DNA of 63,973 nucleotides, filler included, from a bacterium (GTDB lineage: Bacteria; JALSQH01): the NCBI GenBank assembly GCA_026985515.1. It is 6 parts of 6 records of this genome, joined end to end, with 100 filler letters (N's around TTAATTAATTAA, not from the genome) between each part and the next. Parts side by side here need not be neighbours in the genome. Positions count along the whole stretch, not along the records: positions 1 to 20,908 come from JALSQH010000010.1; 5 more parts are not named here. The stretch is one strand, 5' to 3'. Within the stretch, counting starts at the first letter, position 1. The number at the start of each line of letters is the position of its first letter. Below, piece after piece: positions 1-9,333 of the stretch. The translations under genes were made by a program, and so were the position numbers. A model generated the notes under the pieces. That model was not told the DNA's origin, searched no databases, and worked only from the letters and a program-made list of their open reading frames with translations.

Positions 1-1411
1 CTACAACAACATCTCCACCAGGGATAATGGTCATATCCTTCACCTCATCATCACCTTTTCCACCGAGAAAAGTAGAAGAAACAATATTATGATCACTGCC
101 AAGTTTCATTACAAATCCGTCTGTTCCACCACTGATCTCGTTATCGTATCCACTTTCCACAGGGAAATCTGGAGAATCTGTTTTACCCGATAGGAAAAGA
201 GAATCATCGTAATAAGCTATAGCATTAACTACATCATTACCACTGCCACCGATCAATGTTGAAAAATTTAAATTACTTAAATTCTGATCCAGGTATGCAA
301 TAAAAATATCATTTCCACCATTATGATTTTTCATGGTTGTAATAGGGAAATCTGGTGAAGAGGTATAACCTGCAACTACAACATTCCCGTTACCATCTAT
401 CAGCAGATCCTTTGCCACATCTTTTTTTGTGCCACCAAGATAAGTTGAGGAAACAATGTCAGAAAGGTCCTTTTTAATCTTCAATACGAAAGCATCCCCA
501 CTCCCAGAGTAATCTTTTTCGTACCCGTTGCCTCTCAGTGGTGTATCCCCATAAGAATACCCTGCTATGTAGAGATAATCTCCATAAGAAATAATTTTTT
601 CTCCCCCTTCTTTTCCACAGGCATCTTCTGAGCATGGGTTAACCTCACCAGCTCCAACATATCTTCCATAGACAAAAGGATCAATATAGAGAGGCTTGCT
701 TTTATCATACTTTCCAACACTAAAACCATACTCACTATCATTCAACAATCCGTATTTCACCTTAAAATACACTAACTTACCATCCACCTTCTGGTAAACT
801 TTCGGCACAGAAAATGCGAATTTTCCACTTTCAGTAAGAAGAATTAATTGGTCATCTTCTATAACCAGCTTTGCACCCTTTACCTTAACTCTGATATCAC
901 TTACACTGCCACCGGGCAAAACTTCAAAGATCTTCTCAACTTTTCCCTGATATGCCTTTAACTCAAGGTTAACTCTGTCAGCAACGCCCTTTAAAGAGAC
1001 AGAATCAAAGGAAGGCACATCATGAAAAGAATTTTTTCCATAAAAATAATTAACTCTTGTTACAGATCTCTTTCCATCTGAGGGAGTAAGGGAGTTTCCA
1101 AATTTCTCCACAACTTTGACTATTCTACCATCACTACCCTTAAGTAGATAAATAATATTTCCTTCCCGTGATATCCTTACTGATCCAGGTAAAATATCAG
1201 CATAGTATTTGATAGTTCTATCAAACTGACCAACATTTTTTACAAAGGGGATATGTAATCCCGTTACTCTGATAGCATTATCTTTTTTTTCAGCTAACTT
1301 ATAGTTTTCACTTACAAGATTAACAGGGTTTTTACCACTTCTAACAGCTTGAAACACAAAAAAACCAATCAACAAAAGAATAAATACAACCAAAAATCTC
1401 CTTCCCTTCAT
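1..1411 (-). CDS. Secreted SBBP (seven-bladed beta-propeller) repeat protein, 3' end outside window
   Basis: Not in the ORF track because it has no stop in the window. My translation from ATG 1411 (RBS AAGGAGG) gives MKGRRFLVVFILLLIG..., FVKNVGQFD, YDKSKPLYIDPFVYGRY, SSTYLGGTKKDVAKDLLIDGNGNVVVAGYTSSPDFP, which are typical SBBP motifs. Confidence 0.85.
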   Translation of the reverse strand, partial: MKGRRFLVVFILLLIGFFVFQAVRSGKNPVNLVSENYKLAEKKDNAIRVTGLHIPFVKNVGQFDRTIKYYADILPGSVRISREGNIIYLLKGSDGRIVKVVEKFGNSLTPSDGKRSVTRVNYFYGKNSFHDVPSFDSVSLKGVADRVNLELKAYQGKVEKIFEVLPGGSVSDIRVKVKGAKLVIEDDQLILLTESGKFAFSVPKVYQKVDGKLVYFKVKYGLLNDSEYGFSVGKYDKSKPLYIDPFVYGRYVGAGEVNPCSEDACGKEGGEKIISYGDYLYIAGYSYGDTPLRGNGYEKDYSGSGDAFVLKIKKDLSDIVSSTYLGGTKKDVAKDLLIDGNGNVVVAGYTSSPDFPITTMKNHNGGNDIFIAYLDQNLSNLNFSTLIGGSGNDVVNAIAYYDDSLFLSGKTDSPDFPVESGYDNEISGGTDGFVMKLGSDHNIVSSTFLGGKGDDEVKDMTIIPGGDVVV

Positions 1412-1517
1412 AAGCAACCTCCTTCTGATTTTACCTGGATTACTCAAATTACCTCCCCTTGACTAAAATATATCTATACTTAATATTTTAAACTAAGTTA
1501 TAATAAAAACAAATCTT

Positions 1518-2594
1518 ATGAAAAAATTTTTTCTTTCGCTGACAGTTTTCATTTTAACCTCTATATACATAGCTGGAAACTACTACCTCCTCTACAACCT
1601 CACCGTCCTCCTTCAAATTCATATTGAAAATCTGCTGATCCCCGCCTTAATCCTTGCACTTCTATTCCCTGCTGGTGAGATTGCACGCCATTACAGGGCA
1701 TTTAACTTTATTACACTGACAGGTTCAATATATATGGGTTTTCTGGGGATATCGGCTTCCTTCTATGTTTTGAAAGACCTTGTGTATTTCCTCGCAGGAG
1801 GCGACCTGAGATCCCTCACAATTTACGCAACTCTCATAATAATTCTAATTTTCACCTATTCCCTCAGAGAACTCTTCCTCCCTCCCATTGTTCGGCAGAT
1901 ACAGATAAACACTGACAAAGTGAAAGGGAAATACAGAATTGTCCAGATATCAGATCTACACCTTGGATACCTGAAAAAGGTAAAATGGCTTGAAGAAATT
2001 GTGGAAAGGGTGAATCCCCTGAAACCTGATCTTATACTTATTACTGGAGATCTGATAGATTGTCATGGAAAATGCATTAATCAATACATTGAGTCTCTGA
2101 AAAATTTAAGTTCAAAATATGGCATTTTAACAGTGCCAGGCAATCATGATTATTTCAGCGGTCTGGAAAATTTCCACAAATTCTGTAGAGAAACGGGTAT
2201 AGAGCTCCTTGAAAACAGATGCGTCACCTTTGACACTCTAACAATCTGCGGTATTCATGATGAATCGGGGAAATATCTTGGGACGGGAAAACCCGACCTG
2301 ACTGTTGTCAGAAACGCTCCTGATGGTAACTTCAAAATCCTTCTCCACCACTCCCCAACCCTATGGAGGGAAGCAGAGAATGCAGGATTTGATCTAATGC
2401 TTTCGGGTCACACCCATGCAGGGCAGATCCCACCAATGGAACTTCTTGTTTTTCTCTATTACAAAAACTGCTGTGGAATGAAAAAATATGGTAAGATGTT
2501 ACAATATACAACATCCGGCACAGGAACATGGGGTCCACCCATGAGATTCCTGAGCAGGTCGGAAATTGCTTTGATTGAGATTGGAGATGGTTGA
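1518..2594 (+). CDS. Membrane-anchored metallophosphoesterase (YkuE/YaeI-like)
   Basis: N-terminal TM helices; DLHLG, TGDLID, PGNHD, LSGHTHAGQ motifs. Confidence 0.9.
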   Translation: MKKFFLSLTVFILTSIYIAGNYYLLYNLTVLLQIHIENLLIPALILALLFPAGEIARHYRAFNFITLTGSIYMGFLGISASFYVLKDLVYFLAGGDLRSLTIYATLIIILIFTYSLRELFLPPIVRQIQINTDKVKGKYRIVQISDLHLGYLKKVKWLEEIVERVNPLKPDLILITGDLIDCHGKCINQYIESLKNLSSKYGILTVPGNHDYFSGLENFHKFCRETGIELLENRCVTFDTLTICGIHDESGKYLGTGKPDLTVVRNAPDGNFKILLHHSPTLWREAENAGFDLMLSGHTHAGQIPPMELLVFLYYKNCCGMKKYGKMLQYTTSGTGTWGPPMRFLSRSEIALIEIGDG

Positions 2595-3192
2595 ATATCT
2601 TTTAATTGGAATTGCACTGGGAATTTCTGCGGGATTTTCTCCCGGACCCCTGACAGCCCTGATTATTTCAGAAACTCTGCTCTACGGTTTCAGATCAGGC
2701 TTGAAAATCTGCTTTGCTCCCATCTTTACTGATATCATTATAGTACCAATAACGATTTTACTTCTATCCCACATAAACAGTCACCTAATCATTGGCATCA
2801 TATCTCTTGTGGGTGCAGTTTATGTTACGACTCTGGGAATTAAAAATATAAAGTTTAACGGTCAGATCAAGCTCAACCTTCAGAGGACCAGATCCCTGCA
2901 GAAGGGGATCATAACGAATTTTCTCAGTCCCAGTCCCTATCTCTTCTGGACAACCATTGGGGGACCCATTTTTCTGAAAGGCAACAATGAAACTCACTGT
3001 GGTGGATACATCTTTGTTGCCATATTTTATCTCGTGATGATCAATGTGAAAATCTTCATATCTGCCATATCTGCGAAATCAAAAGAATTTCTAAAAGGCA
3101 AGACCTTCACTTATGTTATCAAAACAACTGGCGTTCTCCTTGTACTTCTGGCTCTCTTTCTTCTGAAAACTGGAATTGAACAGCTGAGGTGA
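2587..3192 (+). CDS. LysE-family translocator
   Basis: SPGP N-terminal motif, GIITNFLSPSPYLFW, hydrophobic; ATG 2587 preferred. Confidence 0.85.
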   Translation: MVEYLLIGIALGISAGFSPGPLTALIISETLLYGFRSGLKICFAPIFTDIIIVPITILLLSHINSHLIIGIISLVGAVYVTTLGIKNIKFNGQIKLNLQRTRSLQKGIITNFLSPSPYLFWTTIGGPIFLKGNNETHCGGYIFVAIFYLVMINVKIFISAISAKSKEFLKGKTFTYVIKTTGVLLVLLALFLLKTGIEQLR

Positions 3193-3195
3193 CAG

Positions 3196-3822
3196 ATGAA
3201 ACCTGTAATAGAATTTGAAAATGTAACAATTGGTTATGAAGATAGGATACTATTCAAAAATCTTTCCTTCACAGTCTATGAACAGGAAGTACTACTCATA
3301 AAAGGTCCCTCAGGAACAGGGAAAACAACCATTCTCTACACTATCATGGGCCTGCTGAAACCTGTGGAGGGAAAAGTCAGAATTTGTGGTAAAAAACTCT
3401 CTCTGAAAAATCTTCCTTACATAAGGAGGAAAATCTCATATGTCCCTCAGAATCCAGATATATTGAGGGAGAACACAGAAAAAGCCATCGAGGAGATTCT
3501 GGAAAGGGAGAAGAAATTTGAGAGGAAAAAGCTGAAGGAACTTATTGACTTTTTCCAGCTCCCTGAGGAGACTCTCCAGAAGGACTTCTCAGAGTTATCC
3601 GGTGGAGAAAAACAGAGAATACTTCTCATAACTGCCATTCTGCTTGACAGAGATATTTTTCTACTTGATGAACCAACCTCAGCACTGGATGAGGATTTGA
3701 AGGTGAAAGTGGCTGATTTCATCGGCAAACTGGGTAAAACCACAGTTGTAATTTCCCACGACAGAGAGTGGGAAAGTGTTAATAACATCAGAGTAATGGA
3801 GGTTAACAATGGGGGGAGCTAA
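3196..3822 (+). CDS. ABC transporter ATP-binding protein (FetA/YbbL-like)
   Basis: GPSGTGKT, LSGGEKQR, LLDEPT; paired with UPF0014 permease. Confidence 0.9.
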   Translation: MKPVIEFENVTIGYEDRILFKNLSFTVYEQEVLLIKGPSGTGKTTILYTIMGLLKPVEGKVRICGKKLSLKNLPYIRRKISYVPQNPDILRENTEKAIEEILEREKKFERKKLKELIDFFQLPEETLQKDFSELSGGEKQRILLITAILLDRDIFLLDEPTSALDEDLKVKVADFIGKLGKTTVVISHDREWESVNNIRVMEVNNGGS

Positions 3823-4600
3823 AGATATCTCCATTCTCTCAATGATGCTTTGTTTCCTTCTGCTAATAATTCCTGTCATCATCTATTCTTACATCAAGTT
3901 ACCTCTCATAAAGGAAACCCTTCTCTCGGCAGCCCGAATGACCATTCAACTCTTCCTGATGGGGATCTATCTCAAATATCTCTTTCAGTATGACAGCGCA
4001 ATTGTAAATATTCTCTGGCTGCTCATTATGATGATTGTTGCAACCTTTCAAGCAATCAGGCGAAGTAACCTGAACCGAAAGGTTTTTCTCGTACCAATCC
4101 TTCTATCATACTCAATAAGTATCTACACCATAACACTCTACTTTAATCGCTTTGTAATAGATGTCACCAGAATATTCAGTGCAAAATATCTCGTGGTCAT
4201 AGGAGGAATGATCCTTGGAAATTCTCTGAGAGGTATCATAATCTCAGTTTCCACATTCTACAAGGATATCGCACACGAAAAGGAAAGATACATATACAGA
4301 CTTATAACCTTTGGGAACAAATTTGAAGCGGTACTTCCCTATCTCAGAAATTCCATCCAGATTGCCATAAGTCCAACCATTGCCACCATGGCAACCATGG
4401 GAATAGTTTCCATTCCGGGAACGATGACCGGCCAGATCCTTGGAGGAGCCTCACCAATGGTAGCCATAAAATACCAGATTGCCTTAATGATAGCAGTTTT
4501 CGCAGCAACAAACATCAGCATAGTTCTTTCAATCTACACCACATCCAGGAGAGCCTTTGAAAAGAGAGGCCTTTTGAGAAAGGGAATAGTTAAGATTTGA
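3809..4600 (+). CDS. UPF0014 ABC permease (FetB/YbbM-like)
   Basis: RMTIQL, GMILGNS, GIVSIPGTMTGQILGGASPMVAIKYQ. Confidence 0.9.
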   Translation: MGGAKDISILSMMLCFLLLIIPVIIYSYIKLPLIKETLLSAARMTIQLFLMGIYLKYLFQYDSAIVNILWLLIMMIVATFQAIRRSNLNRKVFLVPILLSYSISIYTITLYFNRFVIDVTRIFSAKYLVVIGGMILGNSLRGIIISVSTFYKDIAHEKERYIYRLITFGNKFEAVLPYLRNSIQIAISPTIATMATMGIVSIPGTMTGQILGGASPMVAIKYQIALMIAVFAATNISIVLSIYTTSRRAFEKRGLLRKGIVKI

Positions 4601-4625
4601 CAATTCATGGAGTTTTATCTATATT
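4597..4625 (+). promoter_or_regulatory. Sigma70-type promoter of the cNMP/K+ channel operon
   Basis: TTGACA-17 nt-TATATT upstream of ATG 4654. Confidence 0.65.
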
Positions 4626-4653
4626 TTAATTGCACACTTCTGAAAGGGGAGTC

Positions 4654-6099
4654 ATGAAAGCAAGGAAACTGAAAGATAAAGGGTATGAATTTTTTCTGAA
4701 GAAGAAGTATGAAAAGGCGCTTCACTATTTCAACGAAGCTCTCAAACTTGATCCGAAGGATATTTCTCTTCATCAGAAAATCGGTGACACTCTTCTCAGG
4801 CTGGGAAGAAATGATGAGGCAGTTAGAGCTTACAAAAAAGCGGCTCAGATGTATGCCCAGAAAGGTTTTCTGATGAAGGCAATAGGAGTTTACAAACTGA
4901 TTCTGGAAATAAAACCGGAAGCAGAGGACGTCAAGGAACTTCTGGTGGAACTTTACGCAGAAAAGGGTGAGGAACCTGCCGAGACAATGGCAGTTTCATC
5001 CAGAACACTTCTTGAGAAAATCCAGCATAGGAAAGAAGAAATGGCTGAGGAAATATCACCTGCTGAAAAAGAAGAGGAAAAAATAAAAGTCAATCTTGAA
5101 GAACTTGAAATGGAAGAGGTGAAGGAGGAAGAAAAACCGGAAGAAAGTGAAGAGGAAATAGAAATTGACCTGGAAGAAGAGAAAGATGTAGATTCCTTCA
5201 TAAAAGAGCTTGGACTCGACGAAGAGGTGAATATCGAAATTGGGGAGAAGGAGGAACTGATTTCAAAACTTCCATCATACCCCATCTTTTCTCAGTGTAA
5301 CAGAGACTGTTTTTCCGACATAGTGGATTCCATCCAGTTAAAGCGATTCTCCAGGGGGGATCTCATAATCAGAGAGGGTGATACAGGCAGAAGTTTTTAC
5401 ATTATCGTGGAGGGAAGAGTATACGTTATCAAAAACACCCCTGAAGGTCCGGTAAAACTTGCAACTCTGGAAGAAGGGTCCTTCTTTGGAGAATTCGCAT
5501 TTCTCACAGGTGACAGAAGGAGTGCCTCAGTTGTGGCGGCTGAGGATGTTGCGGTGCTTGAATTCAGCGAGGACCTCCTTGAAGAATTACTGAAAAAACA
5601 TCCATCAGTAGCAGAAGTTCTGGTGGAATTTTACAAAGAGAGAATACTTGATACCATGCTGGCAATATCTCCATTTTTCAGAGTATTTGACCCCCGAGAG
5701 AGAAAGGAAATACTTAAAAATTTCAAATTCTACGAAGTGCCGGAAAACACAATTTTAATCAGAGAAGGTGAAGAGGGAGATGGATTCTACATAATCATGT
5801 TTGGAAAAGTGAGAGTTACCAGGAGAGATGAAACCGGGAAGGTGTATGAAGTGGCAACATTAGGAGCGGGGGATTTCTTTGGTGAAATTTCTCTACTCAC
5901 CCAGGGACCCACCACCGCCACGGTCACGACTCTGGAAAGAACGGGTCTTTTCAAACTCTCAGCCGCAAAGTTTCAGGAAATGATAATGACATACCCCCAG
6001 GTCCTTGAGATAACCTACCAGTACAAGGAGAAAAGAGAGGAAGAATTGAGGCAACTATTTGCCGACAGGGAATCCCTTATCCGGACGGGGATAGTGTGA
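4654..6099 (+). CDS. TPR + acidic linker + two cyclic-nucleotide-binding domains
   Basis: N-terminal TPRs, Glu-rich linker, two cNMP domains (FFGEFAFLTGDRRSASV; FFGEISLLTQGPTTATV). Confidence 0.85.
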   Translation: MKARKLKDKGYEFFLKKKYEKALHYFNEALKLDPKDISLHQKIGDTLLRLGRNDEAVRAYKKAAQMYAQKGFLMKAIGVYKLILEIKPEAEDVKELLVELYAEKGEEPAETMAVSSRTLLEKIQHRKEEMAEEISPAEKEEEKIKVNLEELEMEEVKEEEKPEESEEEIEIDLEEEKDVDSFIKELGLDEEVNIEIGEKEELISKLPSYPIFSQCNRDCFSDIVDSIQLKRFSRGDLIIREGDTGRSFYIIVEGRVYVIKNTPEGPVKLATLEEGSFFGEFAFLTGDRRSASVVAAEDVAVLEFSEDLLEELLKKHPSVAEVLVEFYKERILDTMLAISPFFRVFDPRERKEILKNFKFYEVPENTILIREGEEGDGFYIIMFGKVRVTRRDETGKVYEVATLGAGDFFGEISLLTQGPTTATVTTLERTGLFKLSAAKFQEMIMTYPQVLEITYQYKEKREEELRQLFADRESLIRTGIV

Positions 6100-7262
6100 A
6101 CTGGAGTGATCTGAAAAGATCAAGATTATTTCAGGCTTTTCTCATCTATGTTTTTATCTTCTTTCTCATTGCATATGCAGTACACATTGCTGAAGCTGGT
6201 GCCGGAAACCAGAACTTTTCCTCCATTTTCAGAACACTCTGGTGGGCAATTGTTACTGCAACCACGGTGGGCTATGGAGACGCTGTACCTGTAACTGCCA
6301 CGGGGAAAGCTCTATCATCCCTTTTAATGGTTGTGAGTCTCCTTTTCATGTCGGCGGTTACCGCAACTGTTGCCTCAAAGTTTGTGGAAGAAAAAATACT
6401 TGAGGAAAGGGGGTTGAAAAAATTTAAAGACTCCGGTCACATAATCATATGTGGCTGGAATGAATTTGGACTAACTCTGCTGAAATCAATTATAAGAGAG
6501 TCACTTGGGGAAAAGCCAGTATTTTACCTGATAAATGAGTTGAACCAGGAAGATATTGATGCAATAAGGTATGAAGTTCAGGGAACGGTGGTCAAATTCA
6601 TAAAGGGGAACTTTGTGAGTGAAGGCGTAATACATCGTGCAAATCCCTCAAAGGCTTCAAGAATAATTATTCTTGCAGATACCACCCACGATGGAAGCTA
6701 CAACAAGGCTGATGAAAGGACAATACTTGCGTCATTGAATTTCAAGGGCATTGCACCAGATGTCCCAATTGTGGCTGAACTTCTAAGTCCAGAGAATGAG
6801 ATATTTCTGAGGCGGGCAAAAATAGATGAAATAATAATCAGAGGGGAACTTGATAACTCCCTTCTTGGAATCGCCTCCATTTCTCCCGGAGCCGCTAAAT
6901 TGATAAAAGATATACTCAACCCGGATACCCTGAATTTTATATGGGAACTCACTCCTCCCCACCATCTCATCGGGAAAAGGATCTCTGATGTAAAAAAATG
7001 GCTTGAGGATGAGAAAAAGGGGATTCTCATAGGCATAGTAAGAGTGCAGGATACTCTCAAACTTGAAGAGATTTTCGGGGATTCTTCAAGTGTTATAGAT
7101 GAATTCATAAGGGAGCAGTTTGAAGAGGCAGAGATATTCTTCGGTGGGAAAAGATCCTATGATGTGGAACTCAATCCACCTGACGAAAGGATCCTGAATG
7201 AAAAGGAGAGGCTGGTGGTCATCAATTCGAGAAAACCTGTTGAAGAAGAGGTTTCCGTATGA
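6096..7262 (+). CDS. Potassium channel with RCK (TrkA-N) domain
   Basis: WWAIVTATTVGYGD selectivity filter; HIIICGWN Rossmann/RCK start. Confidence 0.9.
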   Translation: MNWSDLKRSRLFQAFLIYVFIFFLIAYAVHIAEAGAGNQNFSSIFRTLWWAIVTATTVGYGDAVPVTATGKALSSLLMVVSLLFMSAVTATVASKFVEEKILEERGLKKFKDSGHIIICGWNEFGLTLLKSIIRESLGEKPVFYLINELNQEDIDAIRYEVQGTVVKFIKGNFVSEGVIHRANPSKASRIIILADTTHDGSYNKADERTILASLNFKGIAPDVPIVAELLSPENEIFLRRAKIDEIIIRGELDNSLLGIASISPGAAKLIKDILNPDTLNFIWELTPPHHLIGKRISDVKKWLEDEKKGILIGIVRVQDTLKLEEIFGDSSSVIDEFIREQFEEAEIFFGGKRSYDVELNPPDERILNEKERLVVINSRKPVEEEVSV

Positions 7263-7759
7263 ATGGAGAAAAGATCCTTCTCTTCAGGGATCTTCAGCCT
7301 GATCAAATTGACAGAATAATGAATCTCGCCAGAGAAGAAAAGGTTCCTGCAGGGGAGATAATCATTCAGGAAGGGGAAAAGGGAAACGCTCTTTACATTC
7401 TCAAAGAAGGTACAGTGGACATTCTGAAATCCATTGTGCTTAAAGTTGGAGAGGGAATCACCCAGAATAAAGTCAAAAGGCTTGCAAGATTGAGGGCAGA
7501 AGACGGGGTTTTCTTCGGAGAAATGGCTTTTATCGGGGAAGAGGAGAGAAGCGCCACTGTCAAAGCAGTTACTGATTGTACTCTACTGGCAATAGAAAGA
7601 AGAGATTTTGAAAAAGTTGCCTCTCAGGACTGCAAACTTGCCTACACCATAATGGTAAACATTGCAAAGATACTCAGCCATCGTCTCAAACAGGCCAATG
7701 AAGACATCGCCAAGCTCACAACTGCCCTCAGCATAGCTATTTCCAGCAGAATAAAATGA
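7259..7759 (+). CDS. Stand-alone cyclic-nucleotide-binding domain protein
   Basis: IIQEGEKGNALY, FFGEMAFIGEEERSATV; no HTH. Confidence 0.85.
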   Translation: MNGEKILLFRDLQPDQIDRIMNLAREEKVPAGEIIIQEGEKGNALYILKEGTVDILKSIVLKVGEGITQNKVKRLARLRAEDGVFFGEMAFIGEEERSATVKAVTDCTLLAIERRDFEKVASQDCKLAYTIMVNIAKILSHRLKQANEDIAKLTTALSIAISSRIK

Positions 7760-9295
7760 GAGACATCTGATACCCTGCTTCAAAATAATTCTGCCTTTAT
7801 CCACACTGAACATGGAAGGGTAGTAACGCCACTTTCTCAGAATATAATTTCTCCATTTCTCACCAGACACATGCATTCTGAGATTCAGATCAAGCTGATA
7901 CTCATCCTCTACAAGAATGGGAGTGGGATTCCGCTCCAGCATATAAATCGCTCCGGCAAACTGAACGATCCCAAACAGCAACACAACTACGGCAAACCTG
8001 CCCCTCAGTCTGAAAAGTGCAATGGAAATTAAAGAGAGCATTGCTATCAGTCCATTCAGAGGCACTTGGAGAAAGTAATCGGGTAACCTTGATTTAAATA
8101 ACTCAAGTAAGGAAAAGGTTTTCCGGATCATAAAATCATTTACTTTCAGGAAGCCTGGATACCTGAGGGCAATTATCTGTCCTGCCACAAGAGATGGAAA
8201 AAGAATAACTCCAAATAACGGGACAAAGAGAAGATTCGCAAAGGGTGAAAAAAGAGGCAGGTAACCTGAAAGGTAAGAAGTGACAGGTATCATGGATCCA
8301 GAAATCATAAGAGGAAAAATGTACTTCATCTTTATGAATCTATTCCCAAGCCCCATCATAGCAAGAATGGTTCCATAAGCTAAAAAGGAGAGCAGAAAGG
8401 AGAGTGAGAATAATTCTCCAGGATCAAAAATCAGTATCATTAAAGCGACTAACTGAAATAGATGAATTGGATTGACTTTTCTCCTTATCCATACTGACAC
8501 CACATAGAATGCAAAAATGAGCAGTGCCCTTGCAGCAGAAATCTGCACACCGGAGAGAAAATAATATCCCGTTGTGCCTGCAAGGGAAAGGATAAGGGAA
8601 AGAGGTATCACAATTCCCCTTTCAAGGAGTTGTGGTATTTCCCTGAGTATAATCCTGAAAAGAAGATAAAGAATTCCTCCCACAAAACCAATATGGAGAC
8701 CAGAGATGGCAAGAATGTGGCTCAACCCAAGGTATTCAAAGAGGGTTTTCACTTTTCGCGGAAGTCCGCGTCTGTCACCATATATCACACCATTTACAAA
8801 AGCAGCCGACGAAATGCTCATGTAAGCCTCATTTCTAACCTTCCACCAGTTTACCGGGTTATCATTGTCACTCAGCGAATACAATTCCCTCACCGAAATT
8901 ACACACTCGTAAAAATACCCTTTCCATATACCTTTTTTGCTCACCACTGTGCCGGTTACAAATATTTTCCCCTCAAGGGGAGAGGCACCTTTTAAAAGAT
9001 AAAAAATATCGCCATTTTTTATAATGGCACTGTTTTCTCCTCTCTCCACCACTTTTCCATATATCTCTTTCTCGCACGGGATGTAATTACTGGTATGGAA
9101 TGAAGAAGTCAGGAGTACAATCATCAAAAAGAGAAAGAATAGCAGTAACCCTCTTCTTCTAAGCTTTAAAAAACCTGAGATATAAAGAAGCAGGATGAGA
9201 ACAGCAAGGGAAGGTGAAAATTGGCGAGTATAACCCTCAAGCCATGCGAGAAAATAGTGGTAACCTGTCAGAGCAAAAAGAAGTGTCTGCAGCAC
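7583..9295 (-). CDS. comEC: ComEC/Rec2 competence membrane protein
   Basis: GLSHILAISGLHIG, SAARA, LSFLLSF, ANLLFVP; no clear C-terminal beta-lactamase domain. Confidence 0.85.
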   Translation of the reverse strand: MLQTLLFALTGYHYFLAWLEGYTRQFSPSLAVLILLLYISGFLKLRRRGLLLFFLFLMIVLLTSSFHTSNYIPCEKEIYGKVVERGENSAIIKNGDIFYLLKGASPLEGKIFVTGTVVSKKGIWKGYFYECVISVRELYSLSDNDNPVNWWKVRNEAYMSISSAAFVNGVIYGDRRGLPRKVKTLFEYLGLSHILAISGLHIGFVGGILYLLFRIILREIPQLLERGIVIPLSLILSLAGTTGYYFLSGVQISAARALLIFAFYVVSVWIRRKVNPIHLFQLVALMILIFDPGELFSLSFLLSFLAYGTILAMMGLGNRFIKMKYIFPLMISGSMIPVTSYLSGYLPLFSPFANLLFVPLFGVILFPSLVAGQIIALRYPGFLKVNDFMIRKTFSLLELFKSRLPDYFLQVPLNGLIAMLSLISIALFRLRGRFAVVVLLFGIVQFAGAIYMLERNPTPILVEDEYQLDLNLRMHVSGEKWRNYILRKWRYYPSMFSVDKGRIILKQGIRCLSFYSAGNSYAEGSCELGDVFIGLFETMAEYLCNVYHYGVGKFAVLRGNFFKISSFYCQ

Positions 9296-9333
9296 ATATT
9301 CAGATTATAACTTATGGACAAAAAATCAAGTAA

